Shown piece after piece: positions 21,059-31,861 of a stretch of DNA of 64,000 bases. A program made the position numbers and the translations under genes. Source of the DNA: Acinetobacter phage nACB1. Under the pieces are notes generated by a model. That model was given only the letters and a program-made list of their open reading frames with translations. It searched no databases and was not told the DNA's origin. The stretch lies in sequence record OQ032511.1. The stretch is one strand, 5' to 3'. Numbering within the stretch: position 1 is the stretch's first letter; each line of letters starts with the position of its first letter.

Positions 21059-23045
21059 AGCTTAAGCATGCAGTAAAAATATCTGCACGGTTGTAGTCAA
21101 TAGTGTCATCTGATTTCTCAGATTTAGCGAATGCATTTGATGAAGCCAATGCCATAGTACGAATGTAGTAACGAGACTTACATCCTTTCTTCCACATTTG
21201 GAAATGAACAGCATTCACATATGAACGTGGAACACCTGGTTTCATAAACAAGTTTGTAGAGATTGCTTGGCATACATCTTTCTGTGCACATGCTACATGT
21301 TCAACAATCCACATTTGATCTACTTCAAATGCTGTACGTAATACTTTCTTCTCATGTGTATTTAAGAAGTCTAAGTGTTGTACTGAGCCTTCGTTATCTA
21401 CAATTGATTTGATTACAGCTGCATTGTTCTTACCATATTTCTCAAGACACTTGAGTAAGTACGGTTCAATGATTTGGAAAGTACCTGAGGTAGTCTGTTG
21501 TGCATATACGTTTTGGAAACGTGGTTCACGACTTGGTGTAACACCTCCACAGATTAGACTGTTGGTAGCTGTTGGAGCATCAGCTAATAAGTGTGAGTTA
21601 CGGCGACCAGACTTAGCCATATCAGGGGCTGCACCACGAGATGCACCAAGTTCATAAGTTGCTTCAAGAGCTACTTGCTTAACCCACTTGGTTACAGTGT
21701 AGGTAATGTCTAATGCTTCACGAGATTCGTAAGGTAGATCACACTGTTTAAAGTATGAGTCCCAACCCATTGAACCTAAGCCAATAGCTCGTTCTTGTTT
21801 AGCACTGAATACTGCTTTACGTAATCCCATAAAGCGATCTTGAACTACACCAATACAGATTTGTTGTAAATGGTCTTCACCAATGTACACACCTGATTCC
21901 TGCATATTCTTACGTAGTGAGTCAGCTAACTCTTCCCATGCAAAGTCTTTGGTACAAGACCAAACAGCATTCTGAATAAAGTACTCAAGAATGTTATCTA
22001 GGAACTCAACCATATCTTTGATGAATTGGCTATTACCTTTCCATTGATCATAGGTAGCCATGTTGTATGAACTTAAGCAACATACTGCTGTACGTTCTTC
22101 ATTGTTAGCCAATGTGATTTCAGTACAGATATTTACGTTGTTGAAGTCTAGCCCCAATGCCTTTTGCTCTTCAGGTAAGAAGCGGCGGCATGTGTCTTCA
22201 AACACTAAGAATGGGCAACCTGTCTCGAATGGTAATTCAAGCATTAGTTCCCATAAGTAACGAGCTGAGATAATTTCTTTGGTTACGCCTTTATGATCTA
22301 CCAATGCCCAGTCACCATCAGCTAATACTGTGTGCATGAACTTGTCAGTTACTTTAACTGCTTGGAAGATATTACGGCTACGCTTATTAGGATCACCAGA
22401 CATTTTACGTGACTCAATAAACTCTACTACTTCTGGATGGTCACAACGAATGTTACCTCCATAAACAGCACGTCTATTTGAGCCTTGGTGAGCTGCTGTT
22501 ACCATTGAATCTTCTACATGGAAGAATGGTACTAGTCCGCCAGACTTTCCTCCTGTGCTCGTTACAGAGCCTTCTGGACGTAGGTCAGACCAGTCTGCTG
22601 CATAACCTCCGCCATTGGATGCAATCCATAATGATTCAGTTAAATGATCAGCAATACCAATACGACTATCAGGCACATAACCTGTGTAGCATGAAATTGG
22701 TAATGGGCCATATACTGACTCGTAAGCCAAGTGACTAAAGTTAGCTTCAAAGTCAGTTAAGAATTTTACGCGTACTGGAGCATTAGCTAATACTGGTGAT
22801 GCAGGGCCTGCCCATTGACGCTTAAAGTAACCATACATACGTAATGCATGGGCTTCATTTGTTGCGAATGCCGTAGCACATCGCATATAAGCATCTTGGG
22901 GAGACTTCTCATTCTGAACTAAGTAGCGATCAATAACAGTAGCTTTACCTGCAGGGATCATGTGCCCATCTGCAGTGTAATCAATATGTTGAGATAATAA
23001 GCGTGACTTTAAAGGTGGATTATTTGAAGGTCGAATCATTGTCAA
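21048..23045 (-). CDS. nrdA: ribonucleotide reductase class I large subunit (alpha)
   Basis: Active-site N.CTEI motif (NVNICTEITL), C-terminal CLSCEG redox tail. Confidence 0.7.
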   Translation of the reverse strand: MTMIRPSNNPPLKSRLLSQHIDYTADGHMIPAGKATVIDRYLVQNEKSPQDAYMRCATAFATNEAHALRMYGYFKRQWAGPASPVLANAPVRVKFLTDFEANFSHLAYESVYGPLPISCYTGYVPDSRIGIADHLTESLWIASNGGGYAADWSDLRPEGSVTSTGGKSGGLVPFFHVEDSMVTAAHQGSNRRAVYGGNIRCDHPEVVEFIESRKMSGDPNKRSRNIFQAVKVTDKFMHTVLADGDWALVDHKGVTKEIISARYLWELMLELPFETGCPFLVFEDTCRRFLPEEQKALGLDFNNVNICTEITLANNEERTAVCCLSSYNMATYDQWKGNSQFIKDMVEFLDNILEYFIQNAVWSCTKDFAWEELADSLRKNMQESGVYIGEDHLQQICIGVVQDRFMGLRKAVFSAKQERAIGLGSMGWDSYFKQCDLPYESREALDITYTVTKWVKQVALEATYELGASRGAAPDMAKSGRRNSHLLADAPTATNSLICGGVTPSREPRFQNVYAQQTTSGTFQIIEPYLLKCLEKYGKNNAAVIKSIVDNEGSVQHLDFLNTHEKKVLRTAFEVDQMWIVEHVACAQKDVCQAISTNLFMKPGVPRSYVNAVHFQMWKKGCKSRYYIRTMALASSNAFAKSEKSDDTIDYNRADIFTACLSCEG

Positions 23046-23082
23046 TTCCTAAAAGAAAAGGTGCGTATACTAACAGCGAAGT

Positions 23083-23727
23083 CTAAGCTTCGCTAGTCCA
23101 TCCAAGTGCCTTTGCGACAATTGGGAGTTCATTAGTAAACACTTCTTTAGCTTGTTGAGCAATGAGCATGTGTTCCTTTTGTGTACCATTACCTGAACGT
23201 AGCGTGATGTAATGAATCCACTGACGTACGTTACCAGTCATATAAATCTTGGTTTCAGTATTGAGTGGTAAGACTTTACGCGCACATTCTTTAGCAATGC
23301 CTGCATCTAACATGTCGTTATATAAGTCTTGTGTTTCAGCAAACTGTTGTGCAATACGTTTTTCAAAGTCAGCAACAATCAACTTAGATTCTTCATCTAA
23401 GACTTCAAGAGAGTTTTGGCGATTCTTGTGATCCTGTAAACGTAGTTCAGGTACACGTGCAGGGTTCATAACTGCTGCATAACGTTGGCTAAATTCTTGA
23501 AAGAAAAAGCTACGATGACGAAGCATTTGAGCACCAATATCACGTGTAGTTGTGATCTCTAAGGTCATATGAGCATGCTCAAAGACAGACCAGTGTCCTT
23601 CACGTATACAGAAAGCTAGCAGGCCTGCTACATTATCATTGAATTGGTTTGCAGGGTTTGACACACGAGCAATAAAGCCCATGAGTTTTTCAGCATTAGA
23701 ACTAATACTGATAAGGTTTACTGACAT
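23083..23727 (-). CDS. thyX: flavin-dependent thymidylate synthase ThyX
   Basis: RHRSFFFQEFSQRY = ThyX RHR..S....S.RY signature. Confidence 0.75.
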   Translation of the reverse strand: MSVNLISISSNAEKLMGFIARVSNPANQFNDNVAGLLAFCIREGHWSVFEHAHMTLEITTTRDIGAQMLRHRSFFFQEFSQRYAAVMNPARVPELRLQDHKNRQNSLEVLDEESKLIVADFEKRIAQQFAETQDLYNDMLDAGIAKECARKVLPLNTETKIYMTGNVRQWIHYITLRSGNGTQKEHMLIAQQAKEVFTNELPIVAKALGWTSEA

Positions 23728-23730
23728 AGT

Positions 23731-23979
23731 TTATTCCTGTTCAGGTTTATACATGTGGGTTACGTAAGTTCGATACGCAACCTCATCAATAACGAAGATA
23801 CCTTCTCCGCTATATTCAACTGGAGTTTCTAGTGGTAGTACTTTGTGAAGTACTCCATCGTCATACTCTAAATAAATATCTTCTGTACCATTCTCAGTAT
23901 CATCTTGAGGATAGATACTTAGGCCAGAGGACTGACTAACTAAGAAGTCAATCTTATCTAATAGATCACGTAAGATCAT
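23731..23979 (-). CDS. hypothetical protein (82 aa)
   Basis: ORF; first gene of minus operon diverging from plus-strand late module. Confidence 0.45.
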   Translation of the reverse strand: MILRDLLDKIDFLVSQSSGLSIYPQDDTENGTEDIYLEYDDGVLHKVLPLETPVEYSGEGIFVIDEVAYRTYVTHMYKPEQE

Positions 23980-24019
23980 AATTATTCCTTGGTTTTAAAA
24001 GTCAGAAGATGGCAGGGAC

Positions 24020-24048
24020 TGCCAAACCAAACTACTCTGTGTATAATC
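24020..24048 (+). promoter_or_regulatory. sigma70-like promoter with perfect -10 (TATAAT) and weak -35 for giant fibre gene
   Basis: tgccaa-N17-TATAAT (24043..24048), GAGG RBS 7 nt before ATG 24074; weak -35 fits N4-type late promoters. Confidence 0.4.
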
Positions 24049-24073
24049 AGCTCCATAGCTATGAGGTACATAT

Positions 24074-24349
24074 ATGTCAAACCTAACCCCTGAAGATGTA
24101 AACATCCAATTAACTGAAACTCGTAACGAGCTTCGGTTAGAAGACTTACGCCTATGGCAAGGACTAGAAGATGAAAAGATTTCTCGTATTGCAGGTGATA
24201 ATGCCAACACAGAATTAAACACATTAACTAATACAGAGCTTGCTGCTCAAGAGTCTCGTCTGTCTGTTGAAGTAGTTCAACGTGAAGAAGGTGATATTCG
24301 TAACATCACTTCATTGACAGCACTTGCTCAAGCATTAGCTGATAGGTGA
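24074..24349 (+). CDS. N-terminal 90-codon segment of giant fibre-like gene, cut off by frameshift from 55-bp duplication
   Basis: Ends ...NITSLTALAQALADR*; ORF 24369.. restarts with the same peptide TALAQALADYRV. Confidence 0.6.
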   Translation: MSNLTPEDVNIQLTETRNELRLEDLRLWQGLEDEKISRIAGDNANTELNTLTNTELAAQESRLSVEVVQREEGDIRNITSLTALAQALADR

Positions 24350-24398
24350 TATTCGTAACATCACTTCATTGACAGCACTTGCTCAAGCATTAGCTGAT
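24289..24398 (+). repeat. perfect tandem duplication 2 x 55 bp
   Basis: aggtgatattcgtaacatcacttcattgacagcacttgctcaagcattagctgat occurs at 24289..24343 and 24344..24398 with no mismatch; 55 mod 3 = 1. Confidence 0.9.
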
Positions 24399-27300
24399 TA
24401 CCGCGTTAAGACTGATCTTGAAATTAATAATGAACGTATTGCGCGTCAACAGTTGGGCGTAGATTTAAACACACGTGTTGATGATTTTGTTAGTACATTT
24501 GATCATAAATTTGTAATGGTCTATCAGACTATTCAAACATATCAAGATGAGACTAACGGTAAACTCACACTGTTTGATGCACGTATTAGAAAATACGAAG
24601 AGATGCTTCAAGACATCACTACAGATTCTATTCAGATCACTATGGATAATGGTGAGATCAATATGGGTGCGTGGACTATTTTGTCTCAAGCACGTGAATG
24701 GGATTTAGAAATCTTAGCTAACTTCAAAGATTATAAAACTCAAACCGATAAAGATATTGATGAAGCTTTGAAAGATATTCAAGATAAGCTTCCTATTGAA
24801 CAAGACATTATTGATAAAGCTATTGAAGCTTTGTCTGATGCTCAGATCATCAAAGACTTAGATGCTAAGATTGATGGCAACATTGCTGACATTGATACTG
24901 TACATCAGCAGCTTATTGCTGAGGTAAACAATCGTCAAAATGAGATGATTGATTACAGTCAGACTATTGCTAATGAAATGCAGAAGAATCAGAACGCATT
25001 AGTTACTATGGTTCAGACTGAAGCTGAAGCTCGTATTGATGCATTACAGCGTGAGTCTGCTATCCGTCAACAAGAACTAGTTAACGAAGCTGCAGAGCGT
25101 AGTGCTGAGATTACAGAGCGTATTAAAGATATTGAAGCAGGTACTGGTGCAGATTTAACTGCAGTAAACCAACGTATTGATGAAGCTAATCTCTACATTG
25201 AATCTGTTAAAGATACTCTTGATACTGAGCGTGATGAACGCTTAGCAGATATTGCTACTCTTGATGATGGTTTAACTAAAGAGATTCAATCACGTAAAGA
25301 TGGTGATACTTCAATCACTACAGCTTTAAATAACTATAAAGCTTCTAATGACGTAGCTATGGCTAACTTCCGTGATGAAGTAACTGTGGTTGCAGAATCG
25401 AATGCTGCTACTGTAACTAAAGTAAACGCATTAGATGCTTCACTTAAAACTACTAATACTAAGCTTGATCAGACTACTGCTACAGCAGGTACTGCATTAG
25501 ATAAAGCTACCTTAGCTCTTACTGAGACAGGTGCTCTAGCGCAGCGTGTAACGCAGACAGAAGCTAATATTACACAGATCAATAAAGATGTAGCCACTAA
25601 AGCTAATGCTTCTACAGTGACTCTCCTAGAGTCTCGTGTGGAGACTATTGATGGTGAAGTAAAAGCATCTACTAAAGCTATTACTAAATTAACTTCTGAC
25701 TTAACTACTGTTCAAGGTGAGCTTGATCAGAAAGTAGATGCGTCTGTCTTAGACTCATATTCAACTACAGTTCAAACCGACAAAGCTATTGCAGATCGCG
25801 TACAAGAGTATGATGCGAACTTATACATTGGTGGTCAGAATATTTGGTCTGTTGTAGATCAACCTGTAACTAATGAAGCAGGTGTTGCTACTAAGACAGT
25901 AGTAAACCAAGGTGAAGAACACTATCGTATTATTATCAATTCTTTTGCATCTAACCGTATTGTTACACGTTTGGATAATGCACTTGTTGATCGTGGTTTT
26001 ATTTTTAAAATTGGTGATGACTTCACTGTATCATTTGAAGTACGTGCAAGCCGTAATGCCCCTGCATCAGGTATCTATTACTACTTTGGTGGTAGTGGAT
26101 CATTTACATCTAATTTACCTCTAACTACTGAGTGGGTACGTTATGTATTCCCATTGAAAGCAACTGGTACTGGTGTAGGAAGTGCTACACAAATGTTTGG
26201 TACAAGTTTCTTTAGCACAAGTGGTTGGGCAGTAGATGACTGGGTTGAGTTCCGTCATGTACAAATGCAACGTGGTAAGAAGGCTACTGAGTTCCAGAAA
26301 GCTACTGCTAAAGTGCAGCAAGGTATTACAACCAATGCTACAGCTATTACTGGTATCAAAGCTGAAGTAACAAACCATGAAGGTCGTATTACTTCTAACA
26401 GTAATAGCATCACTGCACTTACAAATACTGTAAGCCAAACTAATAAAGACTTAGCTACTAAAGCTGACTCTAAAGCTGTAGCTGATCTTAAATCTCAAGT
26501 AGATGTTATGGATGGTAAGATCACATCCAACTCACAATCTATTGTTATTCTTAATAATGATGTGACTACTATCAAAGGTGATATGCAGAACATGGCTACT
26601 ACTAGTGCATTACAAGCACTGGATAGTAAGGTATCTGTAATTGATGGTAAGACTACGTCTAACACTAATGCAATTACTTCTCTTCAAGGAAGTGTTAATA
26701 CTATCAATAGTACTTTAGCTACTAAAGCTGATACCTCTGCAGTTAATGCATTGAGTACTACTGTTACTCAACAAGGTACACAGATCATTGCTAACAGTAA
26801 TCAGCTTACTAACTTGAGTGCATCTATATCAATGTCTATGCCTGAAGCTAAAGTTACAGGTACGTTGGATGGTATTAATTTATTCACACCTTATATTAAC
26901 AACTCAAATATTAACTTAGTTGATGAAGCTACTGCAGTATCAGGTAAGGTAATACGTATTGGTGATAACTCAGGTAATGATAACATTGCAGGTATCAGTA
27001 ATGCTTATGTAGCAATTGATCCTAATAAGTTATACCGAGTTAAGTATCGAGTTCGTCGTGTTATTGGTGATGGTACTATTTACTTATCTGTCGTAACAAC
27101 TAATGCAGATAAGACACGTAACGTAATGCATACCAACTCTGAGACTGCACTTACTGATATTAGTAATTCATTATATTACGTGGGCAATGCCGCACCTGCC
27201 TTAGGTACATGGTTAGAGGGTGAATACTTTTTTAAAGGTAAGTCTGCAGGTACTTCTGGTGGGACAGGTACAATAGCTTCTCCTCGTACATTCCCTGCTA

Positions 27301-30300
27301 AAGCTGCATATATCCGCTTAGGTATTCTACCTAACTTTACAGTTAAAGCAGGCCAACAAGATATTGACTATATTATCTTGGAAGATTATGACGCTATGTC
27401 TTTAGGTGATGCTAATGGTACAGCCATCACTAATCTTGGTACTCGTGTAACTAATAACGAAGGTGCTATTGATGTACATAGTTCTCAGTTAACTAACCTT
27501 ACTGGACGTATTAGTACTGTTGAAGGTGGTTTAACAACTAAAGCTGATTCCTCTGCGTTGAGTGCTTTGGAAACTAAAGTTACTGCAGTTGATGGGAAGG
27601 TATCTACAAACACTAATGCCATTACTTCTTTACAAGGACGTGTTACATCTGTTGAAGGTACGTTAAGTACTAAAGCTGACGCTTCTGCATTAGCTAATTA
27701 CTACACTAAAACTCAAACTGACAGTGCAGTAGCAGGTGGTATCAATGCTTACAATACTTCGTTGAGTGTAGGCGGGGATAACTTATGGAGTCTTGAAGGT
27801 TCTACTAATTCTAACGAATTTGGTGTTACTCAAAAAGTACTACAAGATTCTACGATTGATGCTCATAGATTTACTGTGTCTAGCTTTACAACGAATATTG
27901 CACGTATCCGAAACCAAGACATGATTCCTAATGGTTATGATGGCCAATTAGCTGTTGGTGAGCAATACACACTTACATTTAAGATTCGTGCTAGTCGAGC
28001 TGCTGCTGCAGATTACTATGCTTACGTTGGTGAGACAGGCTTTCCTAATGTAACAACACCTCTTAGCTTAACTGAAGATTGGCAGACTATTACATCTACA
28101 TTTACTCTACGTGCTACAGTTTCTACAAGTATTCGTCAGATGTTCTGTGTGACTTTACGCAGTACAAATGGATGGGCTGTAAATGATTGGTATGATGTTA
28201 AAGAGATCATGCTACAGCGTGGTAATAAAGCTACTACTTACGTTAAAGCAGCTGCTAAAACCAAGCAGTTAATTGACGCTAATGCTTCAGCTATTACTAA
28301 TACGCAAGCTTCAGTAACTAACCTAGATGGTAAGCTTACTACGCTGTCTACATCAGTAACTACGCTTACAGGTCGTGTATCAACTGTTGAGAATGGTTTA
28401 TCTACTAAAGCAGATGTATCAGCTTTCAATGCATTGGATGCGCGTGTTGTACAGCAAGGTAAAGACATTGAAACTGTGTCTGCAAGTGTTACTACTGTAA
28501 ACACACGTATTGATAACTTAGCTATCAGCACTAATAACGTATTACTTAATTCTTACGGTGAACGTACAAGTGCTGCACCTACTCAACGTGAATACTTAAT
28601 GTATGAACGCAGTGTTGCACTTAAAGATTTCTATAATGAAAACTTAGATAAGTTCATTACATTAAGTTTTGAAATCAAGGTTCCTGTAGCAGGCCCTGTT
28701 CAGGTATACACAAGCAATAACTCTGCACATCAATTCAGTACAGGTATTACTATTACAGAAGCTGATGTATGGCAGAAGTTTACTTTAAAGCTTGTTCCTA
28801 GACCACATCCTACAACTCCTGAGAATGTTGCAGGTTCTACTTTAGAGTTCTATGGTACATATGGTACTGGTCGTATCCCTACTATCCGTAAAGCTATGAT
28901 GGTAGCAGGTGGTGTTGCAGCTGCATGGGAACCATCTCCACGTGATACACAGGCGAGCTTTGAAGCACAGTCTTCTGCTATCAGTACTTTGGATTCACAG
29001 ACTAAAGCATTAGATGGTCGTATCATAACTAACGCTAGTAATATCACTACATTACAAGGTCGTGTTACTACAGCGGAAGGTAAGATTACTTCTAATACAA
29101 ATGCTATTTCTGGTTTGGAAACTAAGATTACTGAAACCAACGGTAAGATAGATGCACAAGCTAATAGTGTTACTCGCTTACAGTCTCGTGTGGATAACAA
29201 TGCAGGTGCAGGTTTATCACAGGATTACTTATGTCTTGATTATGATAGTTGGTATAACCATAGTAATTTAACTAACTCAATTGCATTGGCTCCATACTTC
29301 AATCAAACACTGACAGATGGGCCTTTAGGTGCTAAAGGATTTGCTGCTACTGGTGGTACATTCTTTATGTACAACAAAACACCATTACCTACTAATAAGA
29401 CTTATCGAGTTCAGTTCTGGGCTAAGCGTAGCAGTGATACAACTGGTACTGCGTACATTACTATCTTACGTCTTAAACCAGGTGAAGCATTAAATGCTCA
29501 GTGGTATACATCTATAGCTTTATCAGCTGCAGAGTTACCACGTAATAATACTTGGACTTACATTGATAAGATTGTGAACATTACAGGCGGTACTACAACG
29601 TATCCTCTTATGTATCTTGGTTTCAGTCTTAACAATGGAGCTTCTGCAGGTACTACAGCAGCACAAGGCTTTAAAGTTACTGAGATACTTAACGTAGGTG
29701 ATACTACTGGTTTAGCTACATCTGATGCATTAACTTCATTGACTACTCGCGTAACAACTGCTGAAGGTAAAATTGATACTCAAGCAGGTCAGATTACTAG
29801 CTTAAATACTACTGTTGCAGGTAAGGCAAATGCGTCTGCTGTAACTAGTCTTGAAGCACGTGTAACTACTGCAGAAGGTAACATTACTTCTCTTACTACA
29901 AGCAGTACTAACCTTACTAACCGTATGACTGCTGCCGAAGGTAAGATCACAACTAACACCAATAACTTAACCACTATGACAAATAAGGTTACAGAGATTG
30001 ATGGGAAAGTGACTGCACAAGCTACACAGATTAACAAGGTAGAATCTACGTTAGCAGGGCAAGCAATTGGTAGTACTAACTTACACCCTGCAACTATATC
30101 AGCTACTACTTGGGAGCCTTACAGCACATCTACAGTAGCTAAAGTTACTGGTGGTTTTAAGACTGATTTAGTACGCGTAACTAAGACTGGTGGTTCTGTC
30201 GGTGGTGTGGCAACTGTAGCAGCACAACGTAAGATTAACGTACGAACTGGTACACCTATAATTGTTACAGCTAAAGTACGTGGTGATGCTATACCTAATT

Positions 30301-31838
30301 ATATTTATATGATGGGTGCATCTGGTACAGCTTCTAACGTTGCAGCTACCTCTATTGAGTTTAGTGAACCATTCGGTACTAGCTTCGTAACTATGACTGT
30401 TAAATTTAATGGTAATGGTTTTGGCTTCAGAACTAATGCATGGCTCATGATGTCTAACAATGGTGCTGCATCAGGTACTTGGTTTGAGTTTGCAGAACTT
30501 ATGGTACAGGATGGAAATACTGCAACTGCATGGTCTGACTCTTACTTAGACGTACCTGAGATTGATTTAACTGAGTATGCAAAAGCATCTGCATTAAGCT
30601 CATTAGATACTAAAGTAACTCAGATTGATGGACGTGTAACAAGCCAAGCTACTTCTATCACTCAGCTACAATCTAGTGTTGGTGACAATACATCTAAGCT
30701 TCAAGTACAAGGTGAAGTGATTGATGGATTGAAAGCTTCATACTTTGTTAAGACTGATGTGAATGGTTTGGTAGCAGGGTTTGGTTTATATAATGATGGT
30801 ACTAGTTCTGCTTTTGGTGTTAATGCTGATTACTTCTATATTGGTAAAGCATCAGGTGGTAAGAAACCATTCATTGTAACTACTTCACCTCAAACTATTG
30901 ATGGTGTTACTTATCCCGTAGGTACATGGATTCATACTGCATTGATTGCTAATGCCACTATTGGTACAGCACATATTGCAGATGCTTCTATTACCAATGC
31001 TAAGATCAATAGTCTTGATGCAGCTAAGATTACTACTGGTACTCTTGATGCAGCACGTATTAAAGTTGGTGCAGCTACTCAGTATGAGATTGGATATGAT
31101 CCAATTACTAAAGCTCGTACATTCGTAGCACAACCAGTTACTCCATACCGTGCAGGTGATATTTGGAAGAATGGTACTACTACAGCTATCTGTACTGTTA
31201 CTCGTTTGTCTGGTGCATACGTTGCAGCTGATTGGGGTAAGACTGGTGATGTAACTTCTGAGAATACTGCAGCTGATACATCTAAAGTTGGCGGTGTCGC
31301 TGCAGCTACTGTAAACCAAAATATTACTAATGCACAGACTGCGGCTACTAATGCTGCTACATTGGCAGGTAATAAAGGTGAGGTTATCTATGGAACTGCA
31401 CAGCCTGCTGCTGACAAGCGTTTAGCACAAAACCTATGGATTGATACCACTAGTAATGCTAATACGCCTAAGCGTTGGAATGGTAGCGCATGGGTAGCGG
31501 TTACAGATAAGGCAGCTACTGATGCTAAGGCTGCAGCTGATGCAGCAGATGCTAAAGCGGTAGCAGCACAAGTAACAGCTAACTCAGCTAACAACCAAGT
31601 TAATGCTTGGAAGTTCACTGGTACAACTGAGATTGATGGTGGTAAGATTCGCGCTGATACAGTAACTGCTGTACAAATGAATGTAGCTGAGCTTAGTGCT
31701 ATCACAGGTACACTTGGTACTTTAGTTACTTATAAAGACCCTGCTCAACCTAATAAGGCTCGTATGGTTATGCAAGGTAGTTTGATTACAGTGTACGATG
31801 ATAATAATGTTTTACGTGTTCGTATGGGACTTTGGTAA
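24369..31838 (+). CDS. giant fibre/tail appendage-like protein (2489 aa; ~2569 aa if the duplication is collapsed)
   Basis: ~20 copies of a ~28-aa module (TSN.NAITSLQGRVT..EGKI/TLSTKADASA) alternating with four beta-rich lectin-like domains each ending in the fibre-protein motif M/LQRGNKAT / MVQDGNTATAWSD; TTG start in ORF track is an artefact of the frameshift. Confidence 0.6.
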   Translation: MTALAQALADYRVKTDLEINNERIARQQLGVDLNTRVDDFVSTFDHKFVMVYQTIQTYQDETNGKLTLFDARIRKYEEMLQDITTDSIQITMDNGEINMGAWTILSQAREWDLEILANFKDYKTQTDKDIDEALKDIQDKLPIEQDIIDKAIEALSDAQIIKDLDAKIDGNIADIDTVHQQLIAEVNNRQNEMIDYSQTIANEMQKNQNALVTMVQTEAEARIDALQRESAIRQQELVNEAAERSAEITERIKDIEAGTGADLTAVNQRIDEANLYIESVKDTLDTERDERLADIATLDDGLTKEIQSRKDGDTSITTALNNYKASNDVAMANFRDEVTVVAESNAATVTKVNALDASLKTTNTKLDQTTATAGTALDKATLALTETGALAQRVTQTEANITQINKDVATKANASTVTLLESRVETIDGEVKASTKAITKLTSDLTTVQGELDQKVDASVLDSYSTTVQTDKAIADRVQEYDANLYIGGQNIWSVVDQPVTNEAGVATKTVVNQGEEHYRIIINSFASNRIVTRLDNALVDRGFIFKIGDDFTVSFEVRASRNAPASGIYYYFGGSGSFTSNLPLTTEWVRYVFPLKATGTGVGSATQMFGTSFFSTSGWAVDDWVEFRHVQMQRGKKATEFQKATAKVQQGITTNATAITGIKAEVTNHEGRITSNSNSITALTNTVSQTNKDLATKADSKAVADLKSQVDVMDGKITSNSQSIVILNNDVTTIKGDMQNMATTSALQALDSKVSVIDGKTTSNTNAITSLQGSVNTINSTLATKADTSAVNALSTTVTQQGTQIIANSNQLTNLSASISMSMPEAKVTGTLDGINLFTPYINNSNINLVDEATAVSGKVIRIGDNSGNDNIAGISNAYVAIDPNKLYRVKYRVRRVIGDGTIYLSVVTTNADKTRNVMHTNSETALTDISNSLYYVGNAAPALGTWLEGEYFFKGKSAGTSGGTGTIASPRTFPAKAAYIRLGILPNFTVKAGQQDIDYIILEDYDAMSLGDANGTAITNLGTRVTNNEGAIDVHSSQLTNLTGRISTVEGGLTTKADSSALSALETKVTAVDGKVSTNTNAITSLQGRVTSVEGTLSTKADASALANYYTKTQTDSAVAGGINAYNTSLSVGGDNLWSLEGSTNSNEFGVTQKVLQDSTIDAHRFTVSSFTTNIARIRNQDMIPNGYDGQLAVGEQYTLTFKIRASRAAAADYYAYVGETGFPNVTTPLSLTEDWQTITSTFTLRATVSTSIRQMFCVTLRSTNGWAVNDWYDVKEIMLQRGNKATTYVKAAAKTKQLIDANASAITNTQASVTNLDGKLTTLSTSVTTLTGRVSTVENGLSTKADVSAFNALDARVVQQGKDIETVSASVTTVNTRIDNLAISTNNVLLNSYGERTSAAPTQREYLMYERSVALKDFYNENLDKFITLSFEIKVPVAGPVQVYTSNNSAHQFSTGITITEADVWQKFTLKLVPRPHPTTPENVAGSTLEFYGTYGTGRIPTIRKAMMVAGGVAAAWEPSPRDTQASFEAQSSAISTLDSQTKALDGRIITNASNITTLQGRVTTAEGKITSNTNAISGLETKITETNGKIDAQANSVTRLQSRVDNNAGAGLSQDYLCLDYDSWYNHSNLTNSIALAPYFNQTLTDGPLGAKGFAATGGTFFMYNKTPLPTNKTYRVQFWAKRSSDTTGTAYITILRLKPGEALNAQWYTSIALSAAELPRNNTWTYIDKIVNITGGTTTYPLMYLGFSLNNGASAGTTAAQGFKVTEILNVGDTTGLATSDALTSLTTRVTTAEGKIDTQAGQITSLNTTVAGKANASAVTSLEARVTTAEGNITSLTTSSTNLTNRMTAAEGKITTNTNNLTTMTNKVTEIDGKVTAQATQINKVESTLAGQAIGSTNLHPATISATTWEPYSTSTVAKVTGGFKTDLVRVTKTGGSVGGVATVAAQRKINVRTGTPIIVTAKVRGDAIPNYIYMMGASGTASNVAATSIEFSEPFGTSFVTMTVKFNGNGFGFRTNAWLMMSNNGAASGTWFEFAELMVQDGNTATAWSDSYLDVPEIDLTEYAKASALSSLDTKVTQIDGRVTSQATSITQLQSSVGDNTSKLQVQGEVIDGLKASYFVKTDVNGLVAGFGLYNDGTSSAFGVNADYFYIGKASGGKKPFIVTTSPQTIDGVTYPVGTWIHTALIANATIGTAHIADASITNAKINSLDAAKITTGTLDAARIKVGAATQYEIGYDPITKARTFVAQPVTPYRAGDIWKNGTTTAICTVTRLSGAYVAADWGKTGDVTSENTAADTSKVGGVAAATVNQNITNAQTAATNAATLAGNKGEVIYGTAQPAADKRLAQNLWIDTTSNANTPKRWNGSAWVAVTDKAATDAKAAADAADAKAVAAQVTANSANNQVNAWKFTGTTEIDGGKIRADTVTAVQMNVAELSAITGTLGTLVTYKDPAQPNKARMVMQGSLITVYDDNNVLRVRMGLW

Positions 31839-31861
31839 GTCCCATACCTTAAGGAGTTTTT

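Noticed and set aside
24465-31705. Antisense ORFs within the giant fibre gene and its repeat arrays, considered as possible CRISPR/DGR elements
   Set aside because: Repeats are in-frame coding repeats of variable sequence, not spacer-repeat units; no reverse transcriptase or cas genes anywhere in the window
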